NCBI GenBank assembly: GCA_021731045.1
Contig: JAKFYE010000021.1
Coordinates: forward strand, 31,577-95,576
Direction: 5' to 3'
From: Bdellovibrionales bacterium
Lineage (GTDB): Bacteria; Bdellovibrionota; Bdellovibrionia; Bdellovibrionales; JAKFYE01
Length of the DNA: 64,000 nt
The notes under the pieces are model-generated. The model saw nothing but the letters and a program-made list of their open reading frames with translations, was not told where the DNA came from and made no database searches. Positions 58,037 through 64,000 of the stretch are shown in pieces; the first letter of the stretch is position 1; the number at the start of each line of letters is the position of its first letter. The position numbers and the translations under genes are program-made.

Positions 58037-58734
58037 TATTTATAATAGTTGTCGGTAGTTAAATAATCTATAAGTCCAAATAATGATTTTGTTATCAAAG
58101 GCGAAATTTTATCTGGCAACCACCACATTCCAACTTCAAGTCCTAAAGCTTTTAAATACATGGCATGCATTGGGTGATAAATATTGGCATTAACGCCTTC
58201 AATTCCACTGAGAGGTCGTGCCATCCAAGTTGTGCGAGGAAGCTCGTGTAGAGCTAGCATTTTAACCTGAGAGTAAAACTCGCTGTGTTTCTTTAAAGAT
58301 TGAAGAAGTAAATGGTCAAACGAAATAATTCGCAATTGTTCAGAAGATTTATGAAAATGTTCTTGGACTAAGCTAATTGTTTTAGGTTTGATCTTATCTT
58401 TTAATTCGAGAAACATCATCATGTCAGAGCTTTTAGTTAGGGCTAAAACATCTTCAAGACGAGGAATCTGCTCTCTATTCTTAAGTTTAAAATCAGCGTG
58501 CAATTCTTTAAGCGGTATTTGATGAATCAATGGGGACTCTTTATTGAAAAGCCTATCGCTAAGCGCGAGCCTCTGAAAATCGCGATCGTGAAAAACGACA
58601 GGGTACTCATCAGATGTATGGCGAATATCAATTTCAATTCCGTCGACTGAAAGTTGAACACATCTTTCAACTGCAGATAGTGAGTTTTCAAGTAGCCCAT
58701 CAATATTCGCGCGATGTGCGATTTTTTTATACAT
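58033..58734 (-). CDS. Glycerophosphodiester phosphodiesterase family protein
   Basis: IAHR, ENS, IEIDI, VFHD, LELK, ISF and TTD motifs. Confidence 0.88.
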   Translation of the reverse strand: MYKKIAHRANIDGLLENSLSAVERCVQLSVDGIEIDIRHTSDEYPVVFHDRDFQRLALSDRLFNKESPLIHQIPLKELHADFKLKNREQIPRLEDVLALTKSSDMMMFLELKDKIKPKTISLVQEHFHKSSEQLRIISFDHLLLQSLKKHSEFYSQVKMLALHELPRTTWMARPLSGIEGVNANIYHPMHAMYLKALGLEVGMWWLPDKISPLITKSLFGLIDYLTTDNYYKY

Positions 58735-58864
58735 GAGATCGCTCCGAAAAAATAAAATATATAAAATGATATCGTATTTTAAAGTTTGCGAAAAATAAAA
58801 TCGCAACCCTTTGGATTGCGATGAGTGGATTTATTAAATTTTAGTCACGTTCGAGAGAGTTAAC

Positions 58865-60685
58865 TTAAGCACGTGACCGACGAGGAGGACGATTTCCCCC
58901 GTCATCATTAAATTGTCTTTTGCGTCGGTCATTTTCTTGAGCACCATAAAAGCGCTTTGGAGCGTCGCTGCGAGACTCACTCTTTATAGGCTTTTTAAGT
59001 CCAAACGCGGGTCGGCTGCTATTTTTTCGAACAGCGTTGGGCTCTACGAACTCACTTGGTTTACGTTCGGCTCTACGATCATCACTTCGGTATTCGGCTG
59101 GTTGCCGTTCAGGACGACGGCTCTCATTTTGATACTCACGTTGTGTATCACCTCGACCACTACGACGGTCAAAACGGCGTGGAGACTCAGCGCGATCCGA
59201 TGATTTATATTCACGACGGGAATCTGAATTGCGTTCGCGTCTTGGCTCTGAGTTCTCTCGAGCTCGTGGGGCATCTGATTTCCGGTCACTTGAATAAGGA
59301 CGTCGCTCACGAGTTTCATGTTGAGTTTCGTTTCGTTGAGGTGTTTGGGGTTTTGCAGACATTGTGGCTCTTGGAGCTTCATTATTGATCCCTACAAACA
59401 CTTCGGGGAACATTAGCGATAAAAAGCGTCCAGCAACTTCTTCAGTTGTAAGAGTTGAGAGTGCGTCTTTCCATGGGTTTTCCATTAACTCTGTGGCTCG
59501 TGCAAAATTGGTTTGAGCTAGAAATCCTTCAAGCACCTTCGTTATTTTTTTAGACGCAATTTCCTTGCGTGAAGGAATGCGCCCTTCTTTCATTCGACTT
59601 TTTGTCATGCGCTCAATACGTTCAATAAGGCCGCGATGGCTTGGAGTAACCAAGCTCATGGCAAAACCAGACTTACCACTTCGCGCGGTACGACCAATGC
59701 GATGGACGTAGTTGTCTAGTTCACGCGGAAGGGAGTAATTAATCACGTGCGTGATGTCTTTTACGTCAAGACCTCGTGAAGCTACGTCTGTGCAGATCAA
59801 CATATTCACTTTCTTATCGCGAAACATCTGCATTGTTTTTTCACGTGCATTTTGATCTTTATCACCGTGAAGACAATCCACTTTATATCCACGATCTTTC
59901 AAATACTGGGTAAGATCTGCCACCAACGATTTTGTTTGGCAAAAAACCAGGCCGTAAAAGTCTTCGGCCATATCGATCAGTTTACATAAAACTTCAGGCT
60001 TATTAGATTCATGCGTCGGGTAGTAAAGTTGTTCGACTGTGCCGGATAACATTTCTTGGCGGTTAACTTGAACTTGTTTAGGATTTTTTAAATATTCATC
60101 AGCGATAGAACGAATCTCGCGGCTCATAGTTGCAGAAAAAAGCCATATTTTACAGGTCTCACGTGGGGATGCTGCGAGTATCTTTTCGAGCTCATCTTTG
60201 AACCCCATAGAGATCATTTCATCAGCTTCATCCAATACAATCGTCATAAGATTGCTTAGAACAAGGGTTCCTCGTTCCATATGATCGACTAAACGACCCG
60301 GAGTCCCTACTACAACTGAGGCCCCTTGTCTTAATCCGTAAACTTGATCACCGTAACTTGAGCCCCCATAGATAGGTAGAGCTTTAATGCCTTTAGTTTT
60401 ACCCATAAGAGTGATTTGGCCTGCAACTTGAAGCGCAAGTTCTCGGGTAGGACATAAAACTAAAACCTGAACGCCCTTTTTTGTAGGATCGATTTTTTCT
60501 AAAAGAGGTAAAGAAAAAGCGGCTGTTTTACCAGTGCCGGTAGCAGCTAAACCCATAAAATCAGTTGGCTCGCCCAAAAGAATAGGGAGGGCTTGGGCTT
60601 GAATGGGGCTTGGTTTTACAAATCCCAGATCAGCAATTGCGTGCATAAGGAGAGGGCTTAGGTTCAATTCGCTAAATGATTCCAC
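58865..60685 (-). CDS. DEAD-box RNA helicase (DeaD/CshA-like) with charged C-terminal tail
   Basis: Q motif, ATGTGKT, PTRELA, TPGR, DEAD, SAT and HRIGRTAR motifs; GTG start. Confidence 0.95.
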   Translation of the reverse strand: MESFSELNLSPLLMHAIADLGFVKPSPIQAQALPILLGEPTDFMGLAATGTGKTAAFSLPLLEKIDPTKKGVQVLVLCPTRELALQVAGQITLMGKTKGIKALPIYGGSSYGDQVYGLRQGASVVVGTPGRLVDHMERGTLVLSNLMTIVLDEADEMISMGFKDELEKILAASPRETCKIWLFSATMSREIRSIADEYLKNPKQVQVNRQEMLSGTVEQLYYPTHESNKPEVLCKLIDMAEDFYGLVFCQTKSLVADLTQYLKDRGYKVDCLHGDKDQNAREKTMQMFRDKKVNMLICTDVASRGLDVKDITHVINYSLPRELDNYVHRIGRTARSGKSGFAMSLVTPSHRGLIERIERMTKSRMKEGRIPSRKEIASKKITKVLEGFLAQTNFARATELMENPWKDALSTLTTEEVAGRFLSLMFPEVFVGINNEAPRATMSAKPQTPQRNETQHETRERRPYSSDRKSDAPRARENSEPRRERNSDSRREYKSSDRAESPRRFDRRSGRGDTQREYQNESRRPERQPAEYRSDDRRAERKPSEFVEPNAVRKNSSRPAFGLKKPIKSESRSDAPKRFYGAQENDRRKRQFNDDGGNRPPRRSRA

Positions 60686-60827
60686 GGTATCTCGTTTCGT
60701 AAGCTGTTTAGAAGATCCTTCGATAACATAAATTTAACGTATTTGTTGATTCATTTTAGGGGTCGGTCGTAAAGTTCTTATAAGTGAGTAAATAGTTCCG
60801 ATTTTAAGGATAAGGTTTAGGTCAAAT

Positions 60828-61238
60828 ATGCAACAAAATCTGTGTTTATGTGGGTCTGAAAAAGATTTGTCAAAATGTTGTGGTCCTCTTCTCGATGGAG
60901 AGGAGTCTGCCGACACCCCTGAAGCGCTTATGCGCTCACGGTATTCGGCCTTTGCGCTCAAAAAAATTGATTACATACTTGAAACGACCGACCCCCAAAC
61001 CCGCCTAAAATTCGATATGAAATCCAATCAAGAATGGGCGGAAACCTCTAAATTCCTAAAACTTGAAATTTTAAAAACAAATTTTGAAGGTAATAAAGGC
61101 ATGGTGGAATTCAAAGCTCATTACCAAATCGGTGTCGAGCCTATAACAATTCACCACGAAATTTCAAAATTTAGAAAACAAGCCGGCATTTGGTATTTCC
61201 GCGACGGAAAAATGGTGGTTCAGGAACCAAATAAATGA
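60828..61238 (+). CDS. ychJ: YchJ (SEC-C motif) family protein
   Basis: CLCGS...CC, TPEALMRSRYSAF, VEF.A and HE.S.F....W.F.DG motifs. Confidence 0.88.
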   Translation: MQQNLCLCGSEKDLSKCCGPLLDGEESADTPEALMRSRYSAFALKKIDYILETTDPQTRLKFDMKSNQEWAETSKFLKLEILKTNFEGNKGMVEFKAHYQIGVEPITIHHEISKFRKQAGIWYFRDGKMVVQEPNK

Positions 61239-61594
61239 GTAATACCAAACTCGTTTACTCAACAGACCCCAAACTCAACCAAAAATGTGTGAAATGCAAA
61301 GAGCTTCTTTCAGAATGCTCCTGTTCTCCAGAAATCGAAGTGAAGTCGTACAAGTTTATTGCCGTACTTCGTATTGAAAAAACAGGGCGTGCAGGCAAAA
61401 CCGTTACGGTGATAGATCAATTACCAAAGTCTGAAATCTTTTTAAGAGATCTAACTAAAGAGCTAAAACAAAAGTGTGGTGCGGGCGGTACATACTTGAT
61501 GGATGGCAAAGAGGGTGTCATTGAAATTCAAGGTGATAAGAGAGAAGCCATACGGAAGGCTCTCGAAAAAAAAGGCATAAAAACTAAAGGCTAA
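61235..61594 (+). CDS. yciH: SUI1-family translation initiation factor
   Basis: LVYSTD, GRAGKTVT, LKQKCGAGG and IEIQGD motifs. Confidence 0.88.
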   Translation: MSNTKLVYSTDPKLNQKCVKCKELLSECSCSPEIEVKSYKFIAVLRIEKTGRAGKTVTVIDQLPKSEIFLRDLTKELKQKCGAGGTYLMDGKEGVIEIQGDKREAIRKALEKKGIKTKG

Positions 61595-61605
61595 TAAGCT
61601 AATTA

Positions 61606-62019
61606 TTAGTGTGTTGAAAGATGCTGATATGTGTTTTCTAAAACATCGCTCACCACAGGAGATTTAGATAAATCACCTATCGATACCACGCCCACAAGTC
61701 TTTTATTGTGATTAACAACAGGGAGTCGGCGCACATGAAGGTGAGCCATAACGTTTGCAACCTCATCGACACCCTGGTGTTCAAAACAATAATAAACTTG
61801 TTTCGTCATAATTCTCTCAACAGAAGTGCTTGTATCCATATCATCATTTACAGCGCGCACCACAATATCTCGATCTGTTAAAGAACCAACTATACGATCA
61901 TCTTGAACGACAGGTAAGTATCCTATGTTGTATTGACTCATGATCCCTGCGGCTTTTCTTATCGGATCACTTGGGCTGATAGTGCGCACATCCATAGTCA
62001 TACAATCATAAACTTTCAT
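61606..62019 (-). CDS. Tandem CBS-domain protein
   Basis: AGGAGG RBS; LPV, G.LTDRDI, VRRLPV and LVGVVSIGDL motifs. Confidence 0.9.
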   Translation of the reverse strand: MKVYDCMTMDVRTISPSDPIRKAAGIMSQYNIGYLPVVQDDRIVGSLTDRDIVVRAVNDDMDTSTSVERIMTKQVYYCFEHQGVDEVANVMAHLHVRRLPVVNHNKRLVGVVSIGDLSKSPVVSDVLENTYQHLSTH

Positions 62020-62190
62020 AAACACCTCCTTCTCCTTCACACGTATAGTACTACTAAGATTTATTAAAATAGGAAGTTTTAAAAAACTTGTAGAGAAAGA
62101 TTAATATGCTCTGCTAAATTTTCTTAAATAACCTACATAACCCTACCCAAATTAAATCCATGAATAATAATGAAAAGTAGGAGGCGCATT

Positions 62191-62703
62191 ATGGATGCGA
62201 TGGCAAAATTAATGCTCATTTTTATTTCGATAGTTGTCAGCGTGGCACTGATTCCACTAATCGTGGGAGCCGTATTTACTCTCTCGACGTTACTAAGACT
62301 ACTTTTTGAACTTCCAACCCGCCTTTATGTATTTTGGATTGATAAGCGAGCGATCGCGCTCATGCACGCTCAGAATTTTTCAAATCTAATTATTGAGAGG
62401 AAGGATTTTAGAAATTCACTCCTGCCCAATGCTAACTTTGAAGGGGCACATTTGCGTAGCGTGGATTTTACTCACACCAATTTATGGCATGCAAATTTTA
62501 AAAACTGTGATTTAATCGAAACAGATTTTACCGATGCGGATCTTCAAGAAGCTGATTTACGGAGTGCAAATTTAATAAATTCGAAACTTGAAAGAGCTAA
62601 TTTGCGAGGAGCTATTTTTAATTTATATACTAAATTGCCATTTACTCATGAGCGTGCGAGAAAAAAAGGTATGATTTTTATGGTAGATCCGGTCGCTCTT
62701 TAA
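62191..62703 (+). CDS. Membrane-anchored pentapeptide-repeat protein
   Basis: N-terminal TM followed by A(N/D)(L/F)xx repeats. Confidence 0.85.
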   Translation: MDAMAKLMLIFISIVVSVALIPLIVGAVFTLSTLLRLLFELPTRLYVFWIDKRAIALMHAQNFSNLIIERKDFRNSLLPNANFEGAHLRSVDFTHTNLWHANFKNCDLIETDFTDADLQEADLRSANLINSKLERANLRGAIFNLYTKLPFTHERARKKGMIFMVDPVAL

Positions 62704-63998
62704 GATTTTTCTAAGTCGCTCCAACGTGCGTAAAGTCGATCGATTTCACTCTGAAGTTCTCCCATTTTATTGGTAATTTCTAAAAGGCGTTTAGAGTTTG
62801 AAACTACCGACGGACTTATACTCTCTTTTGTCAGTTCTGCTAATTGATCCTCAGTTTTTTTAATTTTGGCTTCCATTGAATCGAGCTCGCGCTGGTCTTT
62901 AAAACTTAATTTTCTTTTTTTTTCCTGGGGTTTTTCTACAATAACTTGGGCTGCTGGAGCATCTGGTGTTGCTTGAATTTTTGTTTGTTGATTGTGCCAA
63001 ATCTCCCACTGCTCAATGCCTACTAAGTTTTCAATGTGTTTTTGACCCTTCTCGTTCATACCGAAAGCTAATAATTTATTTGAAACTTGATCTAAGAAAT
63101 ACCGATCGTGGGTTACCAAAATGATGGCGCCATTAAATTCTTTTAAGACATCTTGAAGCACATCAAGCGTCGCCATATCGAGATCGTTTGTAGGCTCATC
63201 AAGAACTAAGAGATTGGCCTTTTTAAGCATTAGTTTTGCGATTAATAATCGACTTTGTTCGCCTCCGGAAAGTTTACCGACAATGAGATCCATTTGTTCG
63301 TAGCTAAATAAAAATCGATTTAAATAACCCTTTACGTGAACCATACTTCCACCATAAGGAACAAAATCTCCCTCGGGACAGATAGTTTTGAGAACGCTCA
63401 CATTAGGATCCAGGCTTTCGCGGTTTTGTTCGAAATAAGCGACTTCTAATTTTTCGGCATGAAAAACCGATCCGGTATCTGGGGATTCTGTACCGACAAG
63501 CATGCGAATCAGCGTAGACTTTCCGCAGCCGTTGGGACCAATAAGTCCGATACGACTTTTAGGAGTAATAAGTAAGTTTGTTAAAGGTACTATTGTACGT
63601 CCATTGTAGGATTTAGAAATATCTTTAGCTTCAATAAGTTTTTTAGGATTTTTTTCGGTTGATTGAAAGTCAATTCTTACGGTCGCATTTTGATTACGAA
63701 TACCAAGATCTTCTACCGTTTGTCTTAACTCTTCCGCTTGGTTGATTCTCGCGGTTTGTTTTGTTGTGCGTGCTTTAGCACCTCGTCGGAGCCACTCAGT
63801 TTCGCGTCGAAGAGTATTTCGCAATTTTGTCTCTTGTTGTTCTTGAGCCGACATTAAATTTTGTCTTATATCCAAATAAGTAGCGTAATCTCCTTTCACA
63901 CTTAACAAACCATCTGGATGACGACGATCAAGTTCTAGAATACGATTTGAGATTCTTTGTAAAAATAGACGATCGTGTGTGATCGTTAAAGTAGCGAA
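62700..63998 (-). CDS. uup: ABC-F ATPase, Uup-like (5' truncated by window edge)
   Basis: Frame is open to the edge (THDR of the first NBD). EWLRRGAKARTTK, GPNGCGKS, LSGGE and LDEPTNDLD motifs; C-terminal coiled coil. Confidence 0.85.
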   Translation of the reverse strand, partial: FATLTITHDRLFLQRISNRILELDRRHPDGLLSVKGDYATYLDIRQNLMSAQEQQETKLRNTLRRETEWLRRGAKARTTKQTARINQAEELRQTVEDLGIRNQNATVRIDFQSTEKNPKKLIEAKDISKSYNGRTIVPLTNLLITPKSRIGLIGPNGCGKSTLIRMLVGTESPDTGSVFHAEKLEVAYFEQNRESLDPNVSVLKTICPEGDFVPYGGSMVHVKGYLNRFLFSYEQMDLIVGKLSGGEQSRLLIAKLMLKKANLLVLDEPTNDLDMATLDVLQDVLKEFNGAIILVTHDRYFLDQVSNKLLAFGMNEKGQKHIENLVGIEQWEIWHNQQTKIQATPDAPAAQVIVEKPQEKKRKLSFKDQRELDSMEAKIKKTEDQLAELTKESISPSVVSNSKRLLEITNKMGELQSEIDRLYARWSDLEKS

Positions 63999-64000
63999 GC

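Noticed and set aside
58865-59350. Repetitive R/E/S-rich tail of the DEAD-box helicase
   Set aside because: Low-complexity basic tails are normal for this family, and there is no exact DNA repeat.

Overview
AT-rich, gene-dense chromosomal window, most likely from a Bdellovibrionota bacterium. This is inferred from a TIGR02147-type HTH gene, a ZZ-type bacterial histone, FliA-like promoters and Cys-rich secreted proteins. I saw no rRNA, tRNA, CRISPR array, transposase or prophage. The centre of the window is a nucleobase-catabolism region with two operons. The first is a complete reductive pyrimidine operon (mmsA-hydA-ureidopropionase-aminotransferase-NCS1-preT-preA, 27512-36670). The second is an unusual three-gene urate operon (40187-46833). 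It holds a PuuD-type membrane urate hydroxylase whose usual cytochrome c appears replaced by a cupredoxin-like domain, an HIU hydrolase, and a 1569-aa fusion of malate synthase, OHCU decarboxylase, a beta-lactamase-family serine hydrolase and allantoicase. The serine hydrolase sits where the missing allantoinase step would fall, so it is a candidate new allantoinase (inference). Non-coding highlights are a 291-bp nested inverted-repeat element whose arms supply the stop codons of both flanking genes (39907-40197), a candidate sigma54-driven structured sRNA (~20073-20284), several sigma54 and FliA-like promoters, and a perfect 21-bp hairpin upstream of hflX. All family assignments come from motif recognition by eye; no searches were run.
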